This document shows, piece after piece, positions 52,680 to 63,537 of a stretch of 64,000 bases of DNA. The position numbers were made by a program, and so were the translations under genes. Under the pieces are notes generated by a model. It made no database searches. It saw only the letters and a program-made list of their open reading frames with translations, and was not told the DNA's origin. Origin of the DNA: Escherichia phage fDHCT2; the sequence record OR427838.1. One strand, 5' to 3'. Within the stretch, counting starts at the first letter, position 1; each line of letters begins with the position of its first letter.

Positions 52680-54662
52680 ATGTCTTTATTATCACCGGGC
52701 ATTGAGCTCAAAGAAACGTCCGTACAGAGTACTGTCGTTCGTAACGCAACGGGTCGTGCAGCGCTGGTTGGTAAATTCCAGTGGGGCCCTGCTTTCCAGG
52801 TAACTCAAATTACTAACGAAGTTGAACTGGTGGATTTGTTTGGAGGTCCTAACAACGAAGTGGCAGATTATTTTATGTCTGGTATGAACTTCCTCCAATA
52901 TGGTAACGACCTTCGTACTGTTCGTGTTGTTAACCGTGAATTCGCTAAAAACGCATCTCCTGTTGCAGGCAATATCGAAACCACTATTACTACGGCTGGT
53001 TCTAACTATGCAGTAGGCGATAAAATTAATATCAAGCACAACCAAACTGTTGTTGAATCTGAAGGTCGTGTGACTTCTGTAGATACGGATGGTAAAATTC
53101 TTTCCGTGTTTATCCCATCAGCAAAAATTATTGCTTATGCACGTTCTTTAAACCAGTATCCTACCCTGGGCCCGGCTTGGACGGCTGAAGTTACTTCCGC
53201 TTCTTCTGGTGTTTCCGGTACTATTACCGTAGGTAAAATTGTTACGGATTCAGGTATTCTTTTAACTGAAGCAGAGAACAGTGAAGAAGCTATTACTTCC
53301 CTGGAATTCCAAGCATCTCTTAAGAAATTTGCTATGCCAGGCGTAGTTGCTCTTTATCCAGGCGAAATTGGTTCCACCTTAGAAGTAGAAATCGTTTCCA
53401 AAGCCGCTTATGATGTTGGTTCTTCTAAAATGCTGGATATTTATCCGGGCGGTGGTTCTCGTGCTTCTATTGCCAAGGCGGTATTTAATTACGGGCCACA
53501 AACAGATGACCAATACGCGATTATTGTTCGTCGTGATGGCGCTATCGTAGAATCTGTCGTACTTTCTACCAAAGAAGGTGAAAAAGACGTTTACGGTAAT
53601 AACATTTATCTTGACGACTATTTCGCTAAAGGTACTTCTAACTATATTTTTGCTACCTCTTTGAACTGGCCTAAAGGCTTCAGCGGTATCATTAATCTGA
53701 TGGGTGGTGTATCTGCTAACGATAAGGTTACTGCGAGTGATTTGATGCAGGGTTGGGATTTGTTCGCCGACCGTGAAGCACTCCATATTAACCTTTTGAT
53801 TGCCGGGGCCGTTGCCGGTGAAGGTGATGAAGTTGCTTCTACCGTCCAGAAACACGTTGTTAGTATTGCTGATGAACGTCAGGATTGCTTAGCATTTATT
53901 TCTCCTCCTAAAGGACTGTTGGTTAACGTTCCATTGACTCGTGCAGTAGATAATCTTATCGACTGGCGTACCGGTGCAGGTACTTTCGATACCAACAACA
54001 TGAACATTAGCACCACTTATGCTGCTATTGACGGTAACTATAAATATCAGTATGACAAATATAATGACGTAAACCGTTGGGTGCCTCTGGCCGCTGATAT
54101 GGCTGGTTTGTGTGCGCGTACAGATGATGTTTCTCAGCCTTGGATGTCTCCGGCCGGTTATAACCGTGGTCAGATTCTTAACGTTCTGAAATTGGCAATT
54201 GAACCTCGTCAAGCTCAACGCGACCGCATGTACCAAGAAGCTATTAACCCGGTTGTTGGTTTTGCTGGTGGCGATGGTTTCGTATTGTTTGGTGATAAGA
54301 CTGCAACTAAAGTTCCATCTCCGATGGACCATATTAACGTTCGCCGTCTGTTCAATATGCTTAAGAAAAATATCGGTGATGCCTCTAAATATAAACTGTT
54401 TGAATTGAACGATAACTTCACTCGTTCAAGCTTCCGTATGGAAGTTTCTCAGTACTTAGATGGTATTAAGGCACTTGGTGGGATTTATGAAGGACGCGTG
54501 GTTTGTGATACTACAGTGAACACCCCTGCGGTTATCGACCGTAATGAGTTTATTGCTAATATCTACGTTAAACCGTCGAGATCGATAAATTACATAACTT
54601 TAAATTTCGTTGCAACGAGCACTGGTGCTGATTTTGATGAATTGATTGGACCTTTAGTATAA
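52680..54662 (+). CDS. 18: tail sheath protein
   Basis: 660 aa (T4 659), late promoter 52643-52650. Confidence 0.9.
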   Translation: MSLLSPGIELKETSVQSTVVRNATGRAALVGKFQWGPAFQVTQITNEVELVDLFGGPNNEVADYFMSGMNFLQYGNDLRTVRVVNREFAKNASPVAGNIETTITTAGSNYAVGDKINIKHNQTVVESEGRVTSVDTDGKILSVFIPSAKIIAYARSLNQYPTLGPAWTAEVTSASSGVSGTITVGKIVTDSGILLTEAENSEEAITSLEFQASLKKFAMPGVVALYPGEIGSTLEVEIVSKAAYDVGSSKMLDIYPGGGSRASIAKAVFNYGPQTDDQYAIIVRRDGAIVESVVLSTKEGEKDVYGNNIYLDDYFAKGTSNYIFATSLNWPKGFSGIINLMGGVSANDKVTASDLMQGWDLFADREALHINLLIAGAVAGEGDEVASTVQKHVVSIADERQDCLAFISPPKGLLVNVPLTRAVDNLIDWRTGAGTFDTNNMNISTTYAAIDGNYKYQYDKYNDVNRWVPLAADMAGLCARTDDVSQPWMSPAGYNRGQILNVLKLAIEPRQAQRDRMYQEAINPVVGFAGGDGFVLFGDKTATKVPSPMDHINVRRLFNMLKKNIGDASKYKLFELNDNFTRSSFRMEVSQYLDGIKALGGIYEGRVVCDTTVNTPAVIDRNEFIANIYVKPSRSINYITLNFVATSTGADFDELIGPLV

Positions 54663-54787
54663 TCTATTATCCCAGGCTGTAATATAAAGAACCTAAAACC
54701 ATTATACCATGAGTTTGGTTACAGCGTACATCACGTAGAATTGCGCCTGGGATTGATTAACTATCAGGAATATGATTTATCAACTGT

Positions 54788-54795
54788 TATAAATA
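54788..54795 (+). promoter_or_regulatory. late promoter TATAAATA (gene 19)
   Basis: Octamer upstream of gp19. Confidence 0.65.
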
Positions 54796-54835
54796 AATTA
54801 ATCAGAACGTTCCTGGTGTGTCCAGGAACTGACTT

Positions 54836-55339
54836 ATGAGGCATCCCATGGAGTTGACAGATATCACTCGTGCATTTGAGTCAGGTGACTTTGCACGCCC
54901 TAACCTTTTCGAAGTGGAAATTCCATTTCTCGGTAAAAACTTTAGCTTTAAATGTAAAGCAGCACCTATGCCGGCAGGCATTGTAGAAAAAGTACCGGTT
55001 GGCTACATGAACCGTAAAATTAACGTAGCTGGTGACCGTACGTTTGATGATTGGACAATTACCATTTATAACGATGATGCACATGACACCCGTCAAGCAA
55101 TTGTCGATTGGCAGAATCTCTGTCATGGTATGACCAATGAAATTACCGGTGCAGCACCTGCAGAATATAAGAAACAAGCAGTAGTTCGCCAGTTCCATCG
55201 TGACGGCAAGACTGTGACCAAAGAAGTTACAATTTACGGCTTATGGCCTACTAACGTTGGTGAAGTCCAGATGGATTGGGATTCGAACAACGAAGTTGAA
55301 ACGTTTGAAAGTACGTTCGCTATCGATTGGTGGGAATGA
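54836..55339 (+). CDS. 19: tail tube protein
   Basis: Match to recalled T4 gp19 (TRAFESGDFARPNLF...); start may be ATG 54848. Confidence 0.9.
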   Translation: MRHPMELTDITRAFESGDFARPNLFEVEIPFLGKNFSFKCKAAPMPAGIVEKVPVGYMNRKINVAGDRTFDDWTITIYNDDAHDTRQAIVDWQNLCHGMTNEITGAAPAEYKKQAVVRQFHRDGKTVTKEVTIYGLWPTNVGEVQMDWDSNNEVETFESTFAIDWWE

Positions 55340-55340
55340 G

Positions 55341-55348
55341 TATAAATA
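55341..55348 (+). promoter_or_regulatory. late promoter TATAAATA (gene 20), followed by 5' UTR hairpin GGAGCTTCGGCTCC
   Basis: Octamer plus UUCG-loop hairpin at 55361-55374. Confidence 0.7.
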
Positions 55349-55396
55349 GAATTATCAAGGAGCTTCGGCTCCTTATCCCATTCATCGGAGACTCTA

Positions 55397-56971
55397 ATGG
55401 CAAACTTTAATACAATATTAAGTTTTCTTAAGCCTTGGGCTAAAGAAGATGAACAAGAATATAAGCAACAAATTAATAACAATTTAGAGTCTGTCACCGC
55501 ACCTAAGCTTGATGATGGCGCTCGCGAAATTGAGACACAAGAGCAAAATATTCCTTATAATGCTCTTATGCAACAGATGTTTGGTAGTAATGAGCCTGAA
55601 GTTAAAAATACCAGGGAACTTATTGATACCTACCGTAATTTAATGAACAACTATGAAGTCGACAACGCTGTACAGGAAATTGTGTCTGACGCTATTGTCT
55701 ATGAGGATGATAAAGAAGTAGTTGCATTGAATTTAGACGGGACAGAATTTAGTCAAGCAATTAAAGATAAAATCTTGGCCGAATTCAGTGAAGTTTTAAA
55801 CCTTTTAAATTTCCAACGTAAAGGCACTGACCATTTCCAACGCTGGTATGTAGACTCAAGAATTTTCTTTCATAAAATTATAAACCCTAAAAAAATGAAA
55901 GATGGCGTACAAGAGCTTCGTCGCTTAGACCCACGCCAAGTCCAATATATTCGAGAAATCGTTACACGTATGGAAGATGGTGTTAAAGTTGTAGACGGAT
56001 ATCGCGAGTTTTTCGTTTATGATACAGGCCATGAAAGTTATTGCGCTGATGGACGCATTTATTCGGCCGGGACTAAAGTTAAAATTCCTCGTGCTGCAGT
56101 GGTTTATGCACATTCTGGATTATTAGATTGTTGTGGTAAAAACATCATTGGCTATTTGCAACGTGCTATTAAGCCTGCAAACCAGCTTAAATTGATGGAA
56201 GATGCAATGGTCATCTACCGTATTACCCGTGCTCCTGACCGTCGTGTGTTTTATATCGATACAGGTAATATGCCTTCACGTAAGGCTGCAGCACAAATGC
56301 AACATATCATGAACACGATGAAAAACCGTGTTGTGTATGATGCTTCGACAGGTAAAATTAAAAACCAACAACACAATATGTCCATGACTGAAGACTATTG
56401 GTTGCAACGTCGTGATGGTAAAGCGGTAACAGAAGTTGATACAATGCCAGGTGCTACTGGTATGAGTGATATGGATGACGTTCTTTATTTCCGCACAGCA
56501 CTTTACCGTGCGTTGCGTGTTCCTGAATCACGTATCCCTAGCGAGTCTAATTCTGGTGTTATGTTTGATGCCGGTACAGCAATCACTCGTGACGAATTAA
56601 AATTCTCTAAATGGATTCGTCAACTACAAAACAAATTTGAAGAAATTTTCCTAGACCCTTTAAAAACAAACCTCATTCTTAAAAAGATTATTACAGAAGA
56701 TGAGTGGGAAAAGGAAATAAATAATATTAAAGTTACGTTTAACCGTGATAGCTATTTCAGTGAAATGAAAGATGCTGAAATCATGGAACGCAGAATCAAT
56801 ATGCTAACGATGGCTGAACCATTTATTGGTAAGTACATTTCACATCAAACGGCTATGAAAGATTTCCTCCAAATGACTGACGAAGAAATTAATCAAGAAG
56901 CTAAGCAAATTGAAGAAGAGTCTAAAGAGGCTCGTTTCCAAAACCCAGATGAAGAAGAAGAGGATTTCTAA
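55397..56971 (+). CDS. 20: portal protein
   Basis: 524 aa, identical to T4 gp20 length; synteny. Confidence 0.9.
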   Translation: MANFNTILSFLKPWAKEDEQEYKQQINNNLESVTAPKLDDGAREIETQEQNIPYNALMQQMFGSNEPEVKNTRELIDTYRNLMNNYEVDNAVQEIVSDAIVYEDDKEVVALNLDGTEFSQAIKDKILAEFSEVLNLLNFQRKGTDHFQRWYVDSRIFFHKIINPKKMKDGVQELRRLDPRQVQYIREIVTRMEDGVKVVDGYREFFVYDTGHESYCADGRIYSAGTKVKIPRAAVVYAHSGLLDCCGKNIIGYLQRAIKPANQLKLMEDAMVIYRITRAPDRRVFYIDTGNMPSRKAAAQMQHIMNTMKNRVVYDASTGKIKNQQHNMSMTEDYWLQRRDGKAVTEVDTMPGATGMSDMDDVLYFRTALYRALRVPESRIPSESNSGVMFDAGTAITRDELKFSKWIRQLQNKFEEIFLDPLKTNLILKKIITEDEWEKEINNIKVTFNRDSYFSEMKDAEIMERRINMLTMAEPFIGKYISHQTAMKDFLQMTDEEINQEAKQIEEESKEARFQNPDEEEEDF

Positions 56972-57219
56972 TGGAAGATTTAATCGAAGCTATTAAATCA
57001 AACGACCTCGTAGCAGTTCGTAAAGCAGCAGCCCCGCTTATCGAATCTCGAGTAACCGCTTTGATTGAAGCCCGTAAAGCAGAAATTGCTCGCTCCGTTA
57101 TGATTGAAGGCGAAGAAGCTGACGAAGATGACGAAGACGACGAAAAATCCGATAAAGCAGATAAGAAAGACAAAAAAGAATCTGACGATGCGGATGATGA
57201 CGACGAGGACGACGAATAA
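56971..57219 (+). CDS. 67: prohead core protein gp67 (acidic C-terminus)
   Basis: 82 aa with poly-D/E tail; synteny. Confidence 0.8.
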   Translation: MEDLIEAIKSNDLVAVRKAAAPLIESRVTALIEARKAEIARSVMIEGEEADEDDEDDEKSDKADKKDKKESDDADDDDEDDE

Positions 57220-57647
57220 TGTTCCTTATCCCTGATGATTACGAATTAACTCTAGAAAGTGTAGAGGCCAAAATTCCAGAAGCACAGGGACGTTTTGCTG
57301 CTCTTTCTGAAGCGCTCGAGAAAAGCGATATAAATAATCTTGTAGAGAACATGATTGCTGAAGGCGATATCGAATGTGCTATCGCTCTTGGTTCTTTAAA
57401 TGAATCAATGCCTCTTAACGAATTTATCGTTAAACACGTTTCCTCTAAAGGTGAGCTTACTCGTACTAAAGATATTAAAACCCGTCAACGTAACGCATTC
57501 CAAACGACCGGTTTATCTAAAGCAAAGCGCCGTCAGATTGCTCGCAAAGCATCTAAAACCAAACGTGCTAATCCATCTACTCAAGTGCGTGCTGAACGTA
57601 AGCGTAAGAAAGCCCGTTCTAAACGTAAAGCTTTTGGACTTAACTAA
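57219..57647 (+). CDS. 68: prohead core protein gp68
   Basis: 142 aa (T4 141), synteny. Confidence 0.8.
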   Translation: MFLIPDDYELTLESVEAKIPEAQGRFAALSEALEKSDINNLVENMIAEGDIECAIALGSLNESMPLNEFIVKHVSSKGELTRTKDIKTRQRNAFQTTGLSKAKRRQIARKASKTKRANPSTQVRAERKRKKARSKRKAFGLN

Positions 57648-58282
57648 TGAAACCTGAATTGCTCATCGAACATTGGGGACAACCAGGTGAAATTATCGAT
57701 GGGGTTCCTATGTTGGAATCTCATGATGGAAAAAATTCTGGGCTTGCTCCCGGCCTTTATATAGAAGGCATTTTCATGCAAGCAGAGGTAGTTAACCGTA
57801 ATAAGCGCCTTTACCCAAAACCTATTTTGGAAAAAGCCGTTGCCGATTATATGGCTGAACAGGTTGCTACTAAACAAGCTTTAGGAGAATTAAACCATCC
57901 ACCTCGTGCTAACGTTGACCCTATGCAAGCTGCTATCATTATTGAAGATATGTGGTGGAAAGGTAATGATGTTTATGGACGTGCACGTATCATCGAAGGT
58001 GACCATGGCCCGGGTGATAAACTAGCCGCAAATATTCGAGCGGGTTGGGTTCCTGGTGTTAGTTCTCGTGGTCTTGGTTCTTTAACCGAAACCAACAAAG
58101 GATATAAGCGTGTAAACGAAGGTTATAAATTAACCGTCGGTGTTGATGCAGTATGGGGACCATCTGCTCCTGATGCTTATGTAACTCCAAAGCAAATTAC
58201 AGAATCACAAACGGTAGAAACCGATACCAGTGCCGATGACGCCTTTATGGCTCTCGCAGAGGCCATGAAAAAAGCGTTATAA
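57647..58282 (+). CDS. 21: prohead protease
   Basis: 211 aa (T4 212), synteny. Confidence 0.85.
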   Translation: MKPELLIEHWGQPGEIIDGVPMLESHDGKNSGLAPGLYIEGIFMQAEVVNRNKRLYPKPILEKAVADYMAEQVATKQALGELNHPPRANVDPMQAAIIIEDMWWKGNDVYGRARIIEGDHGPGDKLAANIRAGWVPGVSSRGLGSLTETNKGYKRVNEGYKLTVGVDAVWGPSAPDAYVTPKQITESQTVETDTSADDAFMALAEAMKKAL

Positions 58283-58285
58283 ATA
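58278..58285 (+). promoter_or_regulatory. late promoter TATAAATA (genes 22-23)
   Basis: Octamer upstream of gp22. Confidence 0.7.
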
Positions 58286-58312
58286 TTATTATCTAAACAA
58301 CAGGACTACAAA

Positions 58313-59128
58313 ATGCTTAAAGAACAACTGATCGCCGAAGCACAGAATATTGATGCTTCCGTTGCTCTTGACAGTATTTTCGAATCAGTTAATATTTCTC
58401 CGGAAGCAAAAGAAACTTTCGGCACTGTATTCGAAGCTACCGTCAAGCAACACGCCGTAAAACTGGCTGAATCTCACATCGCTAAAATCGCTGAAAAAGC
58501 GGAAGAAGAAGTCGAGAAAAATAAAGAAGAAGCTGAAGAAAAAGCCGATAAGAAAATCCAAGAAGCTGCCGGTCGTTTCCTTGACCACGTTGCTAAAGAA
58601 TGGATGGCTGAAAACCAGCTGGCTGTTGATAAAGGTATTAAAGCCGAACTGTTCGAATCCATGTTGATGGGTATGAAAGAACTGTTTGTTGAACACAATG
58701 TGGTTGTTCCAGAAGAAGCAGTAGATGTTGTTGCTGAAATGGAAGAAGAACTCCAAGAGCAGAAAGATGAAACCGCTCGTCTGTTCGAAGAAGTTGGTAA
58801 GCGCGATGCGTATATTAATTACGTACAGCGTGAAGTTGCTGTTACGGAAGCAACTAAAGACCTGACTGAATCTCAAAAAGAAAAAGTTAGTTCTCTGGTA
58901 GAAGGCATGGATTATTCCGATGCATTCGGTAAAAAAATTGGCGCTATTGTTGAAATGGTTAAAGGTCAGTCTGACGTTGAAAACCCAATCACTGAAGCCG
59001 CTATAAATAAAAATGTAGACGATGCTGCGGCACTGAATTACATTTCAGAAGCAGTTGAAGAAAAAGGCGCTAAGCCTACCCTGTCCTTCGCGGACCTGTC
59101 TGCAATCGCAGCATCACGAATTTCTTAA
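58313..59128 (+). CDS. 22: prohead core scaffold protein
   Basis: 271-aa acidic coiled-coil protein; late promoter 58278-58285. Confidence 0.85.
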   Translation: MLKEQLIAEAQNIDASVALDSIFESVNISPEAKETFGTVFEATVKQHAVKLAESHIAKIAEKAEEEVEKNKEEAEEKADKKIQEAAGRFLDHVAKEWMAENQLAVDKGIKAELFESMLMGMKELFVEHNVVVPEEAVDVVAEMEEELQEQKDETARLFEEVGKRDAYINYVQREVAVTEATKDLTESQKEKVSSLVEGMDYSDAFGKKIGAIVEMVKGQSDVENPITEAAINKNVDDAAALNYISEAVEEKGAKPTLSFADLSAIAASRIS

Positions 59129-59149
59129 TTTAATAAGGTTATACAACAC

Positions 59150-60709
59150 ATGAAAAAGAATGCATTAGTTCAAAAATGGTCCGCTCTGCTGGAAAACGAA
59201 GCCCTTCCTGAAATCGTGGGTGCTTCTAAACAAGCTATCATCGCTAAAATTTTCGAAAACCAGGAACAAGACATCCTGACTGCTCCGGAATACCGTGATG
59301 AAAAAATCTCTGAAGCATTTGGTTCTTTCCTGACCGAAGCTGAAATTGGTGGTGACCACGGTTATGATGCTACCAATATCGCAGCTGGCCAGACTTCTGG
59401 TGCTGTAACTCAGATTGGGCCGGCAGTAATGGGTATGGTTCGTCGTGCTATTCCTCATCTGATTGCTTTTGATATTTGTGGTGTTCAGCCTCTGAATAAC
59501 CCTACCGGCCAGGTATTTGCCCTTCGTGCAGTTTACGGTAAAGACCCTATCGCTGCTGGCGCTAAAGAAGCTTTCCATCCGATGTATTCTCCGGACGCTA
59601 TGTTCTCTGGTCAGGGTGCTGCTAAATCTTTCGAAGCACTGGCCGCAAGCAAAGTTCTGGAAGTTGGTAAAATTTATTCCCACTTCTTCGAAGCTACCGG
59701 TGCTGCACACTTCCAGGCTGTTGAAGCTGTAACCGTTGATGCTGCTGCTACCGATGCCGCTAAACTGGATGCTGCTGTTACCGCTTTGATTGAAGCTGGT
59801 AAGTTGGCTGAATTGGCTGAAGGTATGGCTACTTCTATCGCTGAACTTCAGGAAGGCTTTAACGGTTCCCAGGATAACCCATGGAACGAAATGGGCTTCC
59901 GCATCGACAAACAAGTTATCGAAGCTAAATCCCGTCAGCTGAAAGCAAGCTACTCTATCGAACTGGCACAGGACCTTCGTGCAGTACACGGTATGGATGC
60001 AGATGCTGAACTGTCCGGTATCCTTGCTACCGAAATTATGCTCGAAATCAACCGTGAAGTTATCGATTGGATTAACTACTCTGCACAGGTCGGTAAATCT
60101 GGTATGACCAACACCGTTGGCGCTAAAGCTGGTGTGTTTGACTTCCAGGACCCGATTGATATCCGTGGTGCTCGTTGGGCCGGTGAGAGCTTTAAAGCCC
60201 TTCTGTTCCAGATTGATAAAGAAGCAGCCGAAATCGCTCGTCAGACCGGTCGTGGTGCTGGTAACTTCATCATCGCTTCCCGTAACGTAGTTAACGTACT
60301 GGCTGCAGTTGATACTTCTGTAAGTTATGCAGCTCAAGGTCTGGGTCAAGGTTTCAACGTTGACACAACCAAAGCAGTATTTGCCGGTGTTCTTGGCGGT
60401 AAATATCGCGTTTACATCGACCAGTATGCACGTTCCGATTACTTCACCATCGGTTATAAAGGCGCTAACGAAATGGACGCAGGTATCTACTATGCTCCGT
60501 ACGTTGCACTGACCCCACTGCGTGGTTCCGATCCGAAGAACTTCCAACCGGTAATGGGCTTCAAAACTCGTTACGGTATCGGTATTAACCCGTTCGCTGA
60601 CCCGTCTGCACAGGCTCCTACCAAACGTATTCAGAGCGGTATGCCTGACATCGTTAACAGCCTTGGTCTGAATGGTTACTTTAGACGTGTCTACGTTAAG
60701 GGAATTTAA
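59150..60709 (+). CDS. 23: major capsid protein
   Basis: Strong match to recalled T4 gp23 (SKQAIIAKIFENQE...GGDHGY...NIAAGQTSGAVTQIGPAVMGMVRRAIP). Confidence 0.95.
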   Translation: MKKNALVQKWSALLENEALPEIVGASKQAIIAKIFENQEQDILTAPEYRDEKISEAFGSFLTEAEIGGDHGYDATNIAAGQTSGAVTQIGPAVMGMVRRAIPHLIAFDICGVQPLNNPTGQVFALRAVYGKDPIAAGAKEAFHPMYSPDAMFSGQGAAKSFEALAASKVLEVGKIYSHFFEATGAAHFQAVEAVTVDAAATDAAKLDAAVTALIEAGKLAELAEGMATSIAELQEGFNGSQDNPWNEMGFRIDKQVIEAKSRQLKASYSIELAQDLRAVHGMDADAELSGILATEIMLEINREVIDWINYSAQVGKSGMTNTVGAKAGVFDFQDPIDIRGARWAGESFKALLFQIDKEAAEIARQTGRGAGNFIIASRNVVNVLAAVDTSVSYAAQGLGQGFNVDTTKAVFAGVLGGKYRVYIDQYARSDYFTIGYKGANEMDAGIYYAPYVALTPLRGSDPKNFQPVMGFKTRYGIGINPFADPSAQAPTKRIQSGMPDIVNSLGLNGYFRRVYVKGI

Positions 60710-60740
60710 TAACATAGGTTATTAATTCTTAAAATTATTT

Positions 60741-60770
60741 GGGAGACTTCGGTCTCCCATTCTTGTTTCT
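60741..60770 (+). terminator. terminator after gene 23 (GGGAGACTTCGGTCTCCC)
   Basis: Hairpin followed by T-rich tract. Confidence 0.65.
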
Positions 60771-60773
60771 GTA

Positions 60774-61040
60774 CTATGCAATCTTAACTCGGCGGTTGAT
60801 GATATCACGGAAGTCAATACGATTTTCTTGGATTTTCAGCCAGTTACCAAATTTGTCTTTGGTATGGGTAGAATATTCGCCGTTCCACCAGAAGTCAGTT
60901 TCATAAGCCAGAGCTTCGTATTTCTTAACCAATGCATTAACTGCATTACCGTTAGGATTGGTACCGAATTTTTCTACCAGAGTTTTGATATCTTTGTCAA
61001 GGTTAGAAAGCGTGGTACGGATAAAGTTTAATTTGTTCAT
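60774..61040 (-). CDS. small hypothetical protein, antisense-oriented insert between genes 23 and 24
   Basis: Trimmed to ATG 61040 (MNKLNFIRT) with GAGGAG SD and early-type promoter 61070-61100. Confidence 0.5.
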   Translation of the reverse strand: MNKLNFIRTTLSNLDKDIKTLVEKFGTNPNGNAVNALVKKYEALAYETDFWWNGEYSTHTKDKFGNWLKIQENRIDFRDIINRRVKIA

Positions 61041-61069
61041 TTTTAATCTCCTCATGTTTTGATAGGTCT

Positions 61070-61100
61070 ATAGTAACACGACGGCTTTTTGTGTGTAAAC
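61070..61100 (-). promoter_or_regulatory. early-type promoter inside the late region
   Basis: GTTTAC and TACTAT-type hexamers plus conserved TAGACCTATCAA block upstream of ORF 60774-61040. Confidence 0.5.
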
Positions 61101-61106
61101 CACTTT

Positions 61107-61114
61107 TATAAATA
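61107..61114 (+). promoter_or_regulatory. late promoter TATAAATA (gene 24)
   Basis: Octamer upstream of gp24. Confidence 0.7.
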
Positions 61115-61143
61115 AAATTATATTCTCAATAAGGAAAATAGCA

Positions 61144-62424
61144 ATGGCTAAAATTAACGACCTTTTAAAAGAGTCGACCATTACTTCGAGTTCTTCGATT
61201 GGTCGTCCAAATTTAGTAGCTTTAACCAGAGCTACGACCAAACTAGTTTATACCGACCTTGTAGCTCAGCAGCGTACTAACCAACCTTTGGCTGCTCTAT
61301 ACGGTGTCAAATATCTTACAGAAAAAGACGAATTATCTTTCCAGACGGGTGCTACATATTCCGGCGCAGTATCCGCTAAAGACCGTGCCACTATCCCAGT
61401 TTTCACTGCAGGCGCTGTTTATGCTAAAGATGATTTGTTCCAATTTGAAAACGTAGTTTATAAAGCTTTGGTAGCAACCCCATTTGCCGGTGCTACTGGC
61501 GATGAATACGAACAACTTCAAGAAGCTATTGTTAAGTTGACTATCCGTATTATGTCCGAAGCCGCACTGACTGAGCGTTTTGAAGGCCCTCAGGATGTAG
61601 ATATTTCTGAAGCCAAATTCGTAGTTAATAAATGGAACGCTCCAGTTAAATCCCGTAAGTTGAAGAGTACTGTTACTGTAGAATTGGCTCAAGACCTCGA
61701 AGCAAATGGTTTCGATGCCCCTAATTTCTTGGAAGACCTCCTGGCTACTGAAATGGCTGATGAAATCAACAAAGATATTCTTCAGTCCCTGGTTACGGTT
61801 TCCAAGCGTTATAAAGTTGAAGGGTTGTGTGATGATGGCTTAATTGACCTGAGTTATGCTAACTCACCGGAAGCTTCTCGCAAGCTTTATGAATTGGTGT
61901 GTGAAATGGTTTCTCATATCCAGCGCGCAACCTCTTATACGGCAACTTATGTAGTAGCGAGTACTCGTGTAGCTGCTGTTCTGGCTGGTTCCGGATGGTT
62001 AAGACATACCCCACAGAACGACAAATATCTTTCTGCAAGTGCATACGGATTCCTGGAAAACGGTTTGCCTCTGTATTGTGACACCAACACGCCTATTGAT
62101 TATGTTACTGTAGGTGTTAAAGAGGAATTTGGTGGGAAGGAAGCGGTAGGTTCTCTGTTCTATGCACCGTATACCGAAGGATTAGATTTGGCTGACCCGG
62201 AACACGTGGGTACATTTAAAGTGGTCGTTGACCCTGAAAGCCTGCAACCATCTATTGCATTAATGGTTCGATATGCACTGGCTGCTAACCCTTATACGGT
62301 TACTGCTGATGATAAACAAGCCCGTATTATTGATGCGACTAATATGGATTTGATGGCGGGACGTTCTGATATGTCTGTATTGCTTGGTGTGAAACTTCCT
62401 AAAGTTTTGACTGAATTAAATTAA
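61144..62424 (+). CDS. 24: capsid vertex protein
   Basis: 426 aa (T4 427), gp23-like fold expected; late promoter 61107-61114. Confidence 0.9.
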   Translation: MAKINDLLKESTITSSSSIGRPNLVALTRATTKLVYTDLVAQQRTNQPLAALYGVKYLTEKDELSFQTGATYSGAVSAKDRATIPVFTAGAVYAKDDLFQFENVVYKALVATPFAGATGDEYEQLQEAIVKLTIRIMSEAALTERFEGPQDVDISEAKFVVNKWNAPVKSRKLKSTVTVELAQDLEANGFDAPNFLEDLLATEMADEINKDILQSLVTVSKRYKVEGLCDDGLIDLSYANSPEASRKLYELVCEMVSHIQRATSYTATYVVASTRVAAVLAGSGWLRHTPQNDKYLSASAYGFLENGLPLYCDTNTPIDYVTVGVKEEFGGKEAVGSLFYAPYTEGLDLADPEHVGTFKVVVDPESLQPSIALMVRYALAANPYTVTADDKQARIIDATNMDLMAGRSDMSVLLGVKLPKVLTELN

Positions 62425-62425
62425 C

Positions 62426-62452
62426 AAAAAAGGGACCGTGAGGTCCCTTTAT
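62426..62452. terminator. bidirectional terminator between gene 24 and rnlB (GGGACCGTGAGGTCCC flanked by A- and T-runs)
   Basis: Hairpin with U-run in both transcript senses, between convergent genes. Confidence 0.7.
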
Positions 62453-62455
62453 CAT

Positions 62456-63463
62456 TTATTTGGATACTAGTTCAATCCATACTGCTCGTAAGGTATCTTT
62501 TACGCACTCAACGAGCTGCTTTTTAACTTCAACAGGATTTTCGGCATCAGTTAATTCTAATTCTTCGCGGGCTGCTTCTTCCAAAATATCTTGGACTGTC
62601 AGTCCCATCACCTTTCCAAAATCCTTTTTAGATACTTCACCAATCTTACTGATAACGTTGTTAATACGGTTAACAGTCACATAATCAGTGAATTGCCACA
62701 TCAAGTCCATATCGTCTTGGGATAAAACCACTGCAACTTTAATAGGCTTATCAGACTTTTTCTTCTCGCTGAATTTAGAGTTCTTACATTTAATCGCTAC
62801 ACGATTTCCGTTTGGAAGCCAGATAGGAACATCAGGTTTCAGTACAAAGCCTTCGGCGGTGAATACTTTACCTTCTACCTTAGGAATAAAATCTGTTGAG
62901 TTCGCAATAGTTAGGCCAGCATTATCCACTGCAAAATTATAATCAGGAACAACAGAATCAAAATCATTAGGAAGTTTAATAAGGTCTTCAAAGCTACCAG
63001 TGGCCAGACATGGCGCAACCTTAAACTTATGGATAATACAGAAGGCTTCCATCAATGTATCGGATAGAACAGATTCTGAGCCATCTTCCTTAGTAACTCG
63101 GATATCGAACACATAAAAGTCTTTATCACCGTAATCCACATTCTTCTGGATACCCGGCCCAGCGAATTCGCCGTAAATTTGATATGACTGATAATTAATC
63201 GATTCAATTAGATGTTGAACGGATTTAATAGAATCAGCATAATTCTTTAAAACAATTTCATAACCAAAGAAATCTTCAGCAGGGAGGATAGGGCCAGTGC
63301 GCTTGGCGCATGTGACTGCGTCACGTTCTATGATTAGACTAAAGTTGGTCCCATGAATCTTCTCACGTGCCACCCATTCACCACCAGTCAAACCGTTAGT
63401 ACGGAGTTTTTCGATAAACTTACTGTTGTAGTGGTTTTCGAGACTGCTATATTTCTTGAACAT
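62456..63463 (-). CDS. rnlB: RNA ligase 2
   Basis: Match to recalled T4 Rnl2 N-terminus ([20 protein letters not shown]...KIHGTNFS), 335 aa. Confidence 0.9.
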   Translation of the reverse strand: MFKKYSSLENHYNSKFIEKLRTNGLTGGEWVAREKIHGTNFSLIIERDAVTCAKRTGPILPAEDFFGYEIVLKNYADSIKSVQHLIESINYQSYQIYGEFAGPGIQKNVDYGDKDFYVFDIRVTKEDGSESVLSDTLMEAFCIIHKFKVAPCLATGSFEDLIKLPNDFDSVVPDYNFAVDNAGLTIANSTDFIPKVEGKVFTAEGFVLKPDVPIWLPNGNRVAIKCKNSKFSEKKKSDKPIKVAVVLSQDDMDLMWQFTDYVTVNRINNVISKIGEVSKKDFGKVMGLTVQDILEEAAREELELTDAENPVEVKKQLVECVKDTLRAVWIELVSK

Positions 63464-63537
63464 AAATCACCATAATAAATATAATTAAATAGAAGAGCTA
63501 GTAGTCTTCTGTCACCAAGCCAAATGGTTTAACGGAA

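Noticed and set aside
52692-54332. Several minus-strand ORFs (117-158 aa) inside gene 18
   Set aside because: All lie antisense within the tail sheath gene and lack ribosome binding sites; treated as spurious
59165-60715. 516-aa minus-strand ORF spanning almost all of gene 23
   Set aside because: Antisense to the confidently identified major capsid gene; Cys/Thr/Ser-rich low-complexity translation with no start context. Long antisense frames are common opposite highly expressed, codon-biased genes
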